64,000 nt of DNA from a bacterium (GCA_963674595.2 CAXXFV010000029.1:1-64000), one strand, 5' to 3'. Positions 40,412 through 50,546 are shown, numbered from the stretch's first letter. Numbers and translations: made by a program. The notes: a model not told the origin generated them from the sequence alone.

Positions 40412-40522
40412 TAATTCCAGCATCAGGGAATAAATAAAACATATAACGCCCTGTTCGTTGAAAAACGCACTTGGTTAAATTTACCCGCTCGCAGGAGATT
40501 TGCACCCCCCTGCGGGATTTTC

Positions 40523-41198
40523 GATCGACCAAGGGTTCATATCCTTGGTCGGAATAATAAGAGGGCTTTGCCCTCCTAGCTTAAACATTCCTTATTTATG
40601 GTTATAAGGGCATTATCATCCAATATCCAGTTTTGCGTGCTGCTGTATTTCCAATACTCGGGCCTTTCGACAAATCCTTTGCGAACAGGATTATTGTGCA
40701 GATAATTTAATTTTTCAAGTAACCATTTTTCAGATTTCAAAGCAACCGGATGATATTCATCTTTCCATACTTTGTATTGCTGCTTTGGCAACCGGGAAGC
40801 CGCTTTTTCAAATATATTTATAAATTGAACCCTTTTGTCATTTTCCAATAACTCCCTGACTCTTTTTGATGTATATTGGCGAAAATCTCTCATAATATTG
40901 GATAGACTTGTTTCAGGTGTGTTCCATGTTATTAAATGTATATGAGTCGGCATAATTACATATCCAATGAGAAAAAGTCCTTTGTTTGCCTGGCAATATT
41001 TTAAGCTGTCCATGATAATTTGAAAATATGATTGATTTTGAAAAATCGGCAACCAGGCTGTTAAGGTGCATGTTGAATAATAAAAATTGGTTTCCGTGTC
41101 GTATATTTTGTAACGTTTCATTTGATAATTCTCGTTCTTTTATCTAAAGGCATAGCCTTTATTTTATTACGTCCGGAGGTAGGAACCTCCAGACGATC
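40523..41198 (-). mobile_element. REPtron: RAYT gene flanked by inverted GATC-footed hairpin REPs
   Basis: GATCGACCAAGGGTTCATATCCTTGGTCG (40523-40551) and reverse GATCGTCTGGAGGTTCCTACCTCCGGACG (41198-41170). Confidence 0.7.
40576..41121 (-). CDS. REP-associated tyrosine transposase (Y1 HUH, RAYT/TnpA-REP)
   Basis: YVIMPTHIHLI (HUH), RDFRQYTS, YLHNNPVRKG, WKYSS. Confidence 0.88.
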   Translation of the reverse strand: MKRYKIYDTETNFYYSTCTLTAWLPIFQNQSYFQIIMDSLKYCQANKGLFLIGYVIMPTHIHLITWNTPETSLSNIMRDFRQYTSKRVRELLENDKRVQFINIFEKAASRLPKQQYKVWKDEYHPVALKSEKWLLEKLNYLHNNPVRKGFVERPEYWKYSSTQNWILDDNALITINKECLS

Positions 41199-41286
41199 AA
41201 AAACGCACCAGTGAAATAATTTTGATTTGTACAAATTAATACAAGGGCTTTGTCCTTTTAAGTTCTTTGCTATAAAGTCACAGCCT

Positions 41287-42429
41287 TTATTTCAGCAAAA
41301 TCAATCTCCTTGTTTCAGAAAAATGCTCTGTTTGCAACCGGTAAAAATACACGCCGTTTGATAATCCATTGGCCTGCCAGACTATTTGATGTTTTCCGGC
41401 GGACTGAAAACCATTAACCAGCGTTTCCAATTGCCGGCCGGCAAGGTCGTAAATTGTCAGTGTCACATGAGATGAACCCGGCAGGTTGTAGGGAATGGTG
41501 GTTGATGGATTAAACGGATTGGGGTAATTTTGCGATAAATGAAACGTCGTTTTTTTAGCCGGTCTGTGTGGCTGCGGTACAGATGTAGAATAATCCTTGC
41601 TATGATTTTTGAAAAATTCCCAGATAACATCCGTTGCTTTAATGCCGGTGGACGGCCATTCGTGCGACGAGTTGGCGATTGTATAAAGGTCAATGTCGCC
41701 GTGACTATCCAACGCATGCCAGCTTATTTTTTTAACGCCAAAAGCCACATCAACAGTATCCGGCCGGGGATTGCAGTTGTTTTCATTGGCCCATAACTGC
41801 AAAGTATAATGTACGGGGATGATAAACGCGCCTTCGTAAAGTACGACAGGATCATAAAGACTATGAAAGTGAACGATTGCCAGCGGGTATTCCGGCTCAA
41901 AACCAAAGTATGCCATTCTCCCGGCGACCGGACCGATTGCTGATATGATATGGGATAGTTCAACACCCAGATGATATACCATAAAACCACCCAGAGAAAC
42001 GCCTGTTACAAAGATTTTGCTGGAATCAATTTTGTAATGGCGGCGTAATGTATCAATAAGTACGGATACAAATTCAACATCATCCCGATTATTCGTCAGT
42101 TCTGCATAACCAGGACCGCCTATGTTCCACAGTCCGTCTATGCCGCTTGGAAAGGCGACGATAAATTTTTCGGCATCGGCTTTGGCTGTCCATTGCGGCG
42201 TAACAGACCAGGTTTCTCCGGCGCCGCCGCGGCCATGGAATCCCAGCACAAGCGGATAGGCTGTTGAATCCGAATAACCGGCGGGAAGATGCAGGTAATA
42301 GGACCGGGTGTATACGATATTCGGATCGTTTTTGTCCGTTACATAAAGCTGCGTTTCCTGAGAAAATAACAAACTGAAACAGGGAAAAATGATACCCCAA
42401 AATAATGCCGCTGCATATTTCTTGACCAT
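41287..42429 (-). CDS. PHB-depolymerase/LpqC-family esterase with T9SS-type C-terminal sorting domain
   Basis: PLVLGFHGRGG, DDVEFV, GVSLGG nucleophile elbow, HEWP, QNYPNPFNPSTTI...GVYFYRL. Confidence 0.85.
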   Translation of the reverse strand: MVKKYAAALFWGIIFPCFSLLFSQETQLYVTDKNDPNIVYTRSYYLHLPAGYSDSTAYPLVLGFHGRGGAGETWSVTPQWTAKADAEKFIVAFPSGIDGLWNIGGPGYAELTNNRDDVEFVSVLIDTLRRHYKIDSSKIFVTGVSLGGFMVYHLGVELSHIISAIGPVAGRMAYFGFEPEYPLAIVHFHSLYDPVVLYEGAFIIPVHYTLQLWANENNCNPRPDTVDVAFGVKKISWHALDSHGDIDLYTIANSSHEWPSTGIKATDVIWEFFKNHSKDYSTSVPQPHRPAKKTTFHLSQNYPNPFNPSTTIPYNLPGSSHVTLTIYDLAGRQLETLVNGFQSAGKHQIVWQANGLSNGVYFYRLQTEHFSETRRLILLK

Positions 42430-42981
42430 TTTTTACTCCTTTCTTGTTCACCCCGGAATTGCTTTTCCGGGTGCCGACAGCCGTTTGGCTGTTTTCTCTT
42501 GATCGCACAAGGGTTCCACCCTTTTACGGAATAACAAAAGCGCTTGACCCTTTTAAGTGAACCAGGTTCTTTGTTATAAAGGCAACGCCTTTATTTTATT
42601 GTGTCCGTATATTGGAACCGCCGGACGATCAATCCTTCGACTCCGCTCAGGATGACACCTCTCCCGCTTCGACTCGGGCCTTGAGCGGAGCCGAAAGGCC
42701 GCTCTGCTCGCAGGGGATTTGCAATCCCATGCGGAACCAATGAATCAGGGTTTTCATCCCTGTGATCCTACTTAAATAACTATATCATCCTTTCGGGATT
42801 CAATGGAGCCGGTGCCTTTTATCTATAATACTACCTCTACCCTCCGACGGAATAACTAAAGGGTTTTGCCCTTTTTATGTAAAGACCAAGCCTTTACTTT
42901 TCTGTGTCTTTATTATTTATTTATTGCCGGGTCATAGGTGATGATCCAGCCGACAAAAACAACTTCACTCCTGCCAACTTT

Positions 42982-44025
42982 TTATAAACGGCTATAGGTT
43001 ACCCAAAAGTCACCATAATCTGCGCTTTGTAACAATATTTGCAACTGTTTTTCAGAATTGAATTTTATTGGTATAAGTTCATTTTTATGGATACTGGCAT
43101 CAGGAGGCAGGTCCCAATTTTTATACAAACAAAATAGATAATAATCATTATTATATTTCATTATTTCAAAACTTCCGACATAGAGCGTTGTATGATTTCC
43201 ATGCATATGACTTTCATATACTTTATAGTTGGAAATTGTTCCGGACTTTGCAAACATAAATTCCGAATAAATGGAATAATAACCTTGAACATAGGTGGCT
43301 TTCCACATACCAATAATGAGCAGCTCATATTCATAAGGCTCGCGGACGGTAAAAGTCTTTGTACTGCTCCAGTCACTTATTTGTTTACTGTTCAGTGCCC
43401 TTACCCGCCAATAATACGTACCCAACGGCATGGAGGATGCAGGCGTATATTCTGCTTTGGGTATAGTTGAATCGTGAATTATCGGGCTGTTAAAATCAGC
43501 ATCATCATCAACAATCAGTTCATAATTTACAGCATCGTTTACCGTATTCCATGAAAATAAAGGTGTTTTATTTTTTGTGTCTGATTCATCTTTAGGGGCT
43601 ATCAGCACAGGTGCCGGCGGCGGTATTAATGTTTGAATAAGTGTAAAACTCCATACCGGCGTCCAATCGCCCCACACACCATCAGCATCCCTTGCCCGAA
43701 CCCGCCAGTAATAGGTGCCCAGAGAAAATTCTTTTGTTGGTGTATAGCTGTTATCCGGCGTCTTCTGCGTCAGCTCGGGACTGAGAAAGGTTTTACCCTC
43801 GTCAATGGCAATATGATATCCGGTTGCCCCGTTTATTTTGTTCCATGTGAACGTCAGATCAGGTGTTTCGAGGCTGGTTCCATTAACCGGATTTTGTAAA
43901 GAAAGGATTTTATTACCATTCATATCATTTTGGTCAACTTCGCTTGGTGACTTACAAAATAGCAAAAATGATAAAGCTGTAATACCTAATCCAAAACAGA
44001 ATTTGTAAAACATTTTGACCTCCAA
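42982..44025 (-). CDS. Lipoprotein with two FN3/Ig-like repeats
   Basis: LFCKSP lipobox; GTYYWRVRA repeats; colinear paralogue of 27408..28454. Confidence 0.8.
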   Translation of the reverse strand: MEVKMFYKFCFGLGITALSFLLFCKSPSEVDQNDMNGNKILSLQNPVNGTSLETPDLTFTWNKINGATGYHIAIDEGKTFLSPELTQKTPDNSYTPTKEFSLGTYYWRVRARDADGVWGDWTPVWSFTLIQTLIPPPAPVLIAPKDESDTKNKTPLFSWNTVNDAVNYELIVDDDADFNSPIIHDSTIPKAEYTPASSMPLGTYYWRVRALNSKQISDWSSTKTFTVREPYEYELLIIGMWKATYVQGYYSIYSEFMFAKSGTISNYKVYESHMHGNHTTLYVGSFEIMKYNNDYYLFCLYKNWDLPPDASIHKNELIPIKFNSEKQLQILLQSADYGDFWVTYSRL

Positions 44026-44535
44026 TGATTTTAATACGTCCCGGAAATTCTGTTCCTGGACGTTAAAATACTCTCACCGCTCGCAGGGGATTTGCAAAAC
44101 CCTTCGGAACCAATGAAACAGGGATTTCATACCCAAACCAAAATATTTGATCGTACAAGGATTCTACCCTTGTACGGAATAATAAAAGGGCTTGGCCTTT
44201 TAAAAAGTTCTTTGCTATAAAGTCACAGCCTTTACTTTTCTGCGTCTTTATATTATTTATATATTGCCGGGTTATAAATGATGACCCAGCCTGCAACTTT
44301 TCAATGGTGCAGCAGAACTGCACGCTCCTGACAGGTTGAAATAATTTTCACTCCAACGCAGAGGCGCAGAGCACGCTGAGATTCGCAGAGGTTAAAAATT
44401 TCTCTCTGCGGTCCTCTGCGATCTTTGCGGCTCTGCGTTAAAATAAACTCGAACAAAAGGGCTTGGCCCTTTTAAAAAGTTCTTTGCTATAAAGGCAACG
44501 CCTTTACTTTTCTGCTTCCGGTTATATATAACATG

Positions 44536-44747
44536 ACGCACCCAACCCAAAAACGCCGGATGTGAACCAACAGGAATATGATTATGTGATAAACGCAATC
44601 TCTTCCTCGTGTGTGTGTATGAATCCCATATCTGTGTGTGGAAAATCAGCAAGGACGCCAGGAACTCCCAGACTCGACCAAATTATCCTGTAAACTGTCC
44701 GTTATAGCTGATAAATTAATAATACAAATTAAATAAAATCAAGGCAA
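44536..44747 (-). ncRNA. Promoter + structured RNA element, copy 5
   Basis: Minus strand TTGCCT-17-TATTAT, ATCAG at 44712, ATCAGC/GCTGAT, GGAC/GTCC, CAGGA/TCCTG, CGAGGAAGAGATTGCG, TTTTTGGGTTGGGTG. Confidence 0.75.
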
Positions 44748-44896
44748 GAGGTTTTTGAAAAATATTAAAAATAATTGATGGCCCAAAAAAAGCAGAGACG
44801 CACGGCCGTGCATCTCTACCAATGTGCGTCCCCGCTCGCGGTATCAAAAGTTCTTGAGCTGACCCTTTGTGTTCTTTGTGCCCTTTGTGAGAGAAT

Positions 44897-44963
44897 ACCC
44901 CCCTGCACTATTTTCAACATTTCTCAAAAATTCCTTGCACCAATGACACAAAATTTGTAATAT
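44897..44963 (+). promoter_or_regulatory. Promoter-only copy of the element (no RNA part) upstream of SatD
   Basis: CCCCCCTGCACTATTTTCAACATTTCTCAAAAA upstream block, then TTGCAC-17-TAATAT. Confidence 0.7.
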
Positions 44964-44982
44964 AATTCCATACTATCCAATA

Positions 44983-45057
44983 TGAACCAATTAGGTTCAA
45001 ACCTCACACAATGAACCAATAAAGTTCAATTAATTGTATGTGAACAAAATAAGTACA
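44983..45057. promoter_or_regulatory. Three palindromic TGAAC-N7-GTTCA boxes at 29-bp period (operator candidate)
   Basis: Boxes at 44983, 45012, 45041 (third TGAAC-N7-GTACA). Confidence 0.65.
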
Positions 45058-45084
45058 GCAGTAATAAAGAGAATAGGTATAAAA

Positions 45085-45717
45085 ATGAAATATCTCGCTG
45101 TGATTGCAGATATTATTAAATCCAGAGAAATTTTAAATAGAGAAGATTTCCAATTAAAGCTTACAAATAAATTGGAACAACTAAACAACTCTTCGAAAAA
45201 TATTATATCCCCGTATACAATAACGTTGGGAGATGAATTTCAATCAGTATATAAATCTGCTGATGGTCTGCTTGAAGATTTTTATGAAATATTAATTGAA
45301 TTATATCCCGTCAAAATTCGATTTTCCGTAGGACTGGACCTCATTTCCACAAATTTAAAGACAAATACATCTTTGGGAATGGACGGCCCCGCTTTTTATA
45401 AAGCCAGGGAAGGAATCGAAACTCTAAAAAACAAAAAAATTTCACTCGTCCAGTTTTTCAGTTCACAAACAGATGAGTTGGATCTGATTAATAAAAGTTT
45501 AATTTTGATGAACAGCATAATGAATAATTGGAAGTATAATTCATTATTTATATTTAATGAGCTTTTAAATACAAATCAAATTCCCAAAATTGCAAACAGC
45601 CTCGAAATATCTACCAGGGGTGTTTATAAAACAATAACAACAAATAACATTAAAGAATTTGTACGAATGCATCAAATGATAGAAAATTATTTAATAAAAG
45701 AAATAAACAGAGAATGA
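45085..45717 (+). CDS. SatD-family protein
   Basis: YLAVIADIIKSR, ITLGDEFQ, MDGPAFYKAR, C-terminal HTH-like segment. Confidence 0.85.
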   Translation: MKYLAVIADIIKSREILNREDFQLKLTNKLEQLNNSSKNIISPYTITLGDEFQSVYKSADGLLEDFYEILIELYPVKIRFSVGLDLISTNLKTNTSLGMDGPAFYKAREGIETLKNKKISLVQFFSSQTDELDLINKSLILMNSIMNNWKYNSLFIFNELLNTNQIPKIANSLEISTRGVYKTITTNNIKEFVRMHQMIENYLIKEINRE

Positions 45718-46473
45718 GCATACAAATTTTATATGTCTTCAATTTTTTGCTTATAATACGCATTATTTTCCAATGGAATGATGCCCAACTAACTTTTAAA
45801 AAGAATATTTTTATGTTCTTTTTACATACAATCTCTATCGTTCCATTTATAAATAATAATTTCTGTATTTTATTGTCAAGTATAATTCTATATCATATTT
45901 TTATATTTTTATCAGAAAAATTCATTAATGAAAAAACACTAGCCAGAATTTTACAATTTATTTTCATCGTTATAATGACCAGTTTTATATTTAAAGTATT
46001 TAACATAAAGTTTAACAATCTATTTTTAAATTTTTATAATATAATCAAACATAACAATATGTTATTAAATAGTTTTAATAACATCCAAATAAAAAAAGCT
46101 TTTATTGCGCTGTGTGGTGTTTTAATTGCAATGAATGAAATTAATAACCTTATACGATTCATTCTTAAATTTTTTAAAATCCAGCCATCATCAAATCACG
46201 AAAAGGATGACATTAAATCCGATAAAAATAAAGTAAATGATACAGAATTAAATCGAGGAAAAATTATTGGTATTCTGGAACGAATTTTAATATTTTTCTT
46301 TACACTTGGGGAATTATGCGTCAATTGGATTTATTTTAGCAGCAAAAGGTTTTACAAGATTTAAAGAGTTGGACAACAAAGATTTTGCTGAATATGTTTT
46401 AATAGGAACATTGCTCTCATGCTCATTATCCATATTTTTGGGATATTTATTTCATTTAATAATAGAAACATAA
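45714..46473 (+). pseudogene. DUF3307-like membrane protein (usual SatD neighbour), frameshifted
   Basis: GKIIGILERILIF then a shift at GGGG ~46307-46310; the other frame gives IGFILAAKGFTRFKEL..FAEYVLIGTLLS to TAA 46473. Confidence 0.75.
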
Positions 46474-46623
46474 AACACTTTATTTCACATAACAATGTGC
46501 GGCACTTGACTGGCAGGCGGTATTTCAATTTCAGAAGATGAGCGCCAAAATTTTTCAAGAACAATCCAAATAGTGGGTAAAAATCTCCCCCCTGCACTAT
46601 TTTCAACATTCCGCAAAAATCCC

Positions 46624-46826
46624 TTGCCTTGATTTTATTTAATGTGTATAATTATTTATCAGATACAAGGCGTGTTTTTAGGACGATTGGGTCGGACATA
46701 TGAGTTCTGAAAACCTTGACTGATTTACCACTATTTTTTTAAATACGGGTTTTAACAGCACACACGAGGAAGAGATTGCGCTATAGCTATAATCATATTC
46801 CTGTTGGTTCACGGTCTCAAATTTTT
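46624..46826 (+). ncRNA. Promoter + structured RNA element, copy 6
   Basis: TTGCCT-17-TATAAT, ATCAG at 46658, both hairpins present, diverges after GGTCTCAAAT. Confidence 0.75.
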
Positions 46827-46923
46827 GTCGCCCCTGATATATTATCATAGCCGATTAAATAAATGGGGAATTTCCCCCGCAAATAAAGATTAACAGGGAA
46901 ATTTTAACAACAAGGGAGAATAG

Positions 46924-47631
46924 ATGAAAACAAGCAAAATAATTATCGTTATTCTGTTTTGCTTAAGCGCAATGGCCCAGGCTAAAAAGGACGTTTCACC
47001 GGAAATAAGATTGTTCGGGGGTTATGCGGATTTTCCCTATATGCCTTTTTTTGCAGATGAGTTTTATAGAGACGGCCTGGGTTTTTACAACGGAACAAAT
47101 GTCGGCATCAAAGCCGGTTTAAATATCTCTTCATTTGACGTGAATGTAAAATTCCGGCGCTATTATTACAAAGCCGATGGAAAATATGCCGGACGTGTTG
47201 AACCACATTACCATCACCATCTCGACATCAAGGGTGAGACCGAGCTGGAAATCAATACCTTTTCATTTGGAATTGAGTGGAATATCAGAAGGCATAAAAA
47301 AATTAGTCCATTTATCTATTGCGATTACTTGCCGGATTGCGATACAGATGTAAAAATTTTAAAAATCCCAACAGGTCCAAATTTACCGGCTTCCTATGCA
47401 AACATTCGAACAGATTTTTCATTTTCTGAAAACAACCGCAGCGGTTATGCCTTTGGGGCCGGCATTGAGATAAAAATTTTACCCCATATATCAGCGGGAA
47501 TTTTGGTCGAACAGGCAAAATTTCCAAAAGATCAAAATGATCCCAGTAACGACTCGATTTATTCAAAAGTACTGCCCCAGGAAAACATTTCAATCATGTC
47601 CGTTAATGCGCTGCTGAGCTTTGAATTATAA
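46924..47631 (+). CDS. Outer-membrane beta-barrel protein
   Basis: Signal peptide, alternating beta-strand pattern, GYAFGAGIE, C-terminal LSFEL. Confidence 0.7.
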   Translation: MKTSKIIIVILFCLSAMAQAKKDVSPEIRLFGGYADFPYMPFFADEFYRDGLGFYNGTNVGIKAGLNISSFDVNVKFRRYYYKADGKYAGRVEPHYHHHLDIKGETELEINTFSFGIEWNIRRHKKISPFIYCDYLPDCDTDVKILKIPTGPNLPASYANIRTDFSFSENNRSGYAFGAGIEIKILPHISAGILVEQAKFPKDQNDPSNDSIYSKVLPQENISIMSVNALLSFEL

Positions 47632-47802
47632 AACAGATAACCGGATGTCAATCGCAGTATACCGGGCCTGCCATACCGTTTTATATCAAATAGGGTAAAC
47701 ACCCGGATCTTTTAAATGCCCCGGGGAAAGAATTTTAAAACGACGATAAAAATTACAAATAAATAATCATTGCTAAAATGCACCAAAATTGGTACATTCT
47801 CT

Positions 47803-48153
47803 ATGAATAGCAAAACGCGTTTAAAAGTCGTATTTTACAGAACGGATTCAGGTAATGAACCGGTACGGGAGTGGCTTCAAAATTTATCTCGTGAGGACAA
47901 GAAAATAATTGGTGAAGACATAAAAACAATACAGTTTGGCTGGCCTTTAGGGATGCCCCTTGTTCGAAAATTAGAAAGCGATATATGGGAAATCCGCAGC
48001 AGTTTAAAAGACCGTATTTCACGCGTATTGTTTACCGTCATTAACGATAATATGATTTTACTCCACGGTTTTATTAAAAAATCCCAAAAAACACCCAAAG
48101 AAGATATGACTAAAGCAAGAAAAAGAGTTAAAGACATCAGGAGTCAATTATGA
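47803..48153 (+). CDS. RelE/ParE-family (Gp49-like) toxin
   Basis: VFYRTDSGNEPVREWL, IWEIRS, LLHGFIKKSQKTP; palindrome TGCACCAAAATTGGTACA upstream. Confidence 0.88.
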   Translation: MNSKTRLKVVFYRTDSGNEPVREWLQNLSREDKKIIGEDIKTIQFGWPLGMPLVRKLESDIWEIRSSLKDRISRVLFTVINDNMILLHGFIKKSQKTPKEDMTKARKRVKDIRSQL

Positions 48154-48431
48154 ATAATAAATATATTGGCAGTGACTTTGATGATTTCCTTGAACAAGAG
48201 GGGTTGCTGGCGGAAATCGAATCGAATGCCATAAAAAGAGTCATTGCCTTTCAAATTAGTGAATTGATGAAAAAACACAAGCTTTCAAAAGCAGCCATGG
48301 CCAGACAAATGCAAACCAGTCGTTCGTCAATCGACAGACTGCTCGATCCCCAAAACGAATCCGTAACCCTTCAAACACTGGAACGCGCCGCAATTGTTTT
48401 GGGTAAAAGACTCGAAATAAATTTTATTTAG
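48150..48431 (+). CDS. XRE HTH antitoxin
   Basis: IGSDFDDFLEQEG, SKAAMARQMQTSRSSIDRLLDP; ATGA overlap with the toxin. Confidence 0.88.
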   Translation: MNNKYIGSDFDDFLEQEGLLAEIESNAIKRVIAFQISELMKKHKLSKAAMARQMQTSRSSIDRLLDPQNESVTLQTLERAAIVLGKRLEINFI

Positions 48432-48530
48432 ACACAAAAGGATAATAACGTGTATTATCCTTTGTGTTCTTTGTGCCCTTTGTGAGAGAATCCCCCCCCT
48501 GCACTATTTTCAACATTTCTCAAAAATCCC

Positions 48531-48738
48531 TTGCCTTGATTTTAATTAATGTGTATAATTATTTATCAGATACAAGGCGTGTTTTCAGAACAATATGGTC
48601 GGACATGGGAGTTCTGAAAATCCTGACTGATTTACCACTATTTTTTTAAATACGGGTTTTAACCACACACACGAGGAAGAGATTGCGCTATAGCTATAAT
48701 CACATTCCTGTTGGTTCACGGTCTCAAATAGTTGGGTG
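48531..48738 (+). ncRNA. Promoter + structured RNA element, copy 7
   Basis: TTGCCT-17-TATAAT, ATCAG at 48565, TTTTCAGAAC/GTTCTGAAAA stem. Confidence 0.75.
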
Positions 48739-48869
48739 ATACTCTGCAGAACTATTCCAGTTGAAAAATTCCAGGGACGGCAATTTTTACAAAAGTGTTG
48801 TGAAATTCTCAGTCATGTTATTAAATAATTCTTTCTGTTGCATTTTGTTAACAAATTAGTTAACTTTTT

Positions 48870-49208
48870 ATGATAAGAGAAATTAAGTTCTATAAACATT
48901 ATTTTATTGACTTTTACAGGTCGTTAAGCAATTCCGCACAGGAAAAAATTGATTATGTTTTTAAATTGCTTGGGACCGTTAATAAAATACCGTCAAAATT
49001 CCTCAAACATATTAAAGGAACAGACGGACTCTATGAAATTAGAATTAAAACCGGCAGTGATATTTACAGAATTTTTTGCTGTTTCGATTCGGACAATATA
49101 ATAATACTGTTTCATGGATTTCAAAAAAAGAGCCAAAAAATACCGAAAAAAGAAATCAGCAAAGCAGTTTGTCTCAAAAATGAATATTTTAAAAACAGAA
49201 AAGATTAA
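48870..49208 (+). CDS. RelE/HigB-family toxin (copy A)
   Basis: DGLYEIRIK, RIFCCFD, LFHGFQKKSQK; GTTAAC-N6-GTTAAC palindrome upstream. Confidence 0.88.
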   Translation: MIREIKFYKHYFIDFYRSLSNSAQEKIDYVFKLLGTVNKIPSKFLKHIKGTDGLYEIRIKTGSDIYRIFCCFDSDNIIILFHGFQKKSQKIPKKEISKAVCLKNEYFKNRKD

Positions 49209-49210
49209 CC

Positions 49211-49504
49211 ATGGATAAAGATATAAAAACATTTGATGAGCTTTTGGATAACAAATATGGTGTGCCCGGCACCCAAAAGCGCGACGCATTTGAAGTAAAG
49301 GCAAAAGCCTTTATTATCGGAGAAATGGTTAAACAAGCCAGAAAACAGGCCCAATTAACCCAGGAAGATTTGGCAAAAAAAACAGGGACAAAGAAAAGCT
49401 ATATCTCCCGGCTTGAAAACGGCAAAATTGATATTCAAATATCCACTCTTTTCAAAATATTTGAAGACGGCCTCGGTAAAAAATTAAAATTGACCTTTTC
49501 ATAG
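49211..49504 (+). CDS. HigA-like XRE antitoxin (copy A)
   Basis: ARKQAQLTQEDLAKKTGTKKSYISRLENG. Confidence 0.88.
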   Translation: MDKDIKTFDELLDNKYGVPGTQKRDAFEVKAKAFIIGEMVKQARKQAQLTQEDLAKKTGTKKSYISRLENGKIDIQISTLFKIFEDGLGKKLKLTFS

Positions 49505-49624
49505 CCGCAGCGTGCGGCGTCACCCTGAGCGGCCTTTCGGCTCTGCTCAAGGACCGAGTCGAAGGGTGGCCAAGAAACCAGTCCATTCCCCCCTGCACTA
49601 TTTTCAAAATTTCTTAAAAATCCC

Positions 49625-49784
49625 TTGCCTTGATTTTAATTAATGTGTATAATTATTTATCAGCTACAAGGCATGTTTTCAGAACAATATGGTCGGACAT
49701 GGGAGTTCTGAAAACCTTGACTGATTTACCACTATTTTTTCAAATACGGGTTTTAACCACACACACGAGGAAGAGATTGCGTCG
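49625..49784 (+). ncRNA. Promoter + structured RNA element, copy 8 (3'-truncated)
   Basis: TTGCCT-17-TATAAT, ATCAG at 49659; similarity ends after GAGATTGCGTCG. Confidence 0.72.
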
Positions 49785-49817
49785 CTCAGTATAATATTAT
49801 AATTCAAGGAGATTAAA

Positions 49818-50027
49818 ATGTTAAATCCAGCACCATCAACTCAGGAAATTATTATTATTTCAGTCGTGTGCCTCCTTCCGATTGTTCTGTTTTGGAAGAT
49901 ATTTAAAAAAGCAGGATACCCGGGAGCGTTATCTCTATTACTCTATATCCCTGTTGTAAATCTGGCTCTATTGATATATTTCGCATTTGCAAAATGGCCA
50001 ATTGAACATAAATTGAATGCGAATTAA
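49818..50027 (+). CDS. Small two-TM membrane protein
   Basis: AAGGAG RBS; WKIFKKAGYPGALSLLLYIPVVN...FAFAKWP pattern. Confidence 0.8.
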   Translation: MLNPAPSTQEIIIISVVCLLPIVLFWKIFKKAGYPGALSLLLYIPVVNLALLIYFAFAKWPIEHKLNAN

Positions 50028-50205
50028 GAGTCATTCTCAAGGGCATATTTGATGGCCCAGAGGTTGCGTATAGTCCTACCGCATCGTTCCAGTTAAAATA
50101 TTCCAGGGACGGCAATGTTCACAATTATAAATGTTGTGAAATTCTCAGTCATGTTATTAAATAATTCTTTCTGTTGCATTTTGTTAACAAATTAGTTAAC
50201 TTTTT

Positions 50206-50544
50206 ATGATAAGAGAAATCAAGTTCTATAAACATTATTTTATTGACTTTTACAGGTCGTTAAGCAATTCCGCACAGGAAAAAATTGATTATGTTTTTAA
50301 ATTGCTTGGGACCGTTAATAAAATACCGTCAAAATTCCTCAAACATATTAAAGGAACAGACGGACTCTATGAAATTAGAATTAAAACCGGCAGTGATATT
50401 TACAGAATTTTTTGCTGTTTCGATTCGGACAATATTGTAATATTGTTTCATGGATTTCAAAAAAAGAGCCAAAAAATACCGAAAAAAGAAATCAGCAAAG
50501 CAGTTTGTCTCAAAAATGAATATTTTAAAAACAGAAAAGATTAA
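50206..50544 (+). CDS. RelE/HigB-family toxin (copy B)
   Basis: Differs from copy A by one residue (I/V). Confidence 0.88.
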   Translation: MIREIKFYKHYFIDFYRSLSNSAQEKIDYVFKLLGTVNKIPSKFLKHIKGTDGLYEIRIKTGSDIYRIFCCFDSDNIVILFHGFQKKSQKIPKKEISKAVCLKNEYFKNRKD

Positions 50545-50546
50545 CT

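Noticed and set aside
48575-48630. Leader peptide (MVGHGSSENPD) inside the RNA element
   Set aside because: The ATG and frame are absent from copies 1, 3, 4, 5, 6 and 10, while base-pairing is conserved.
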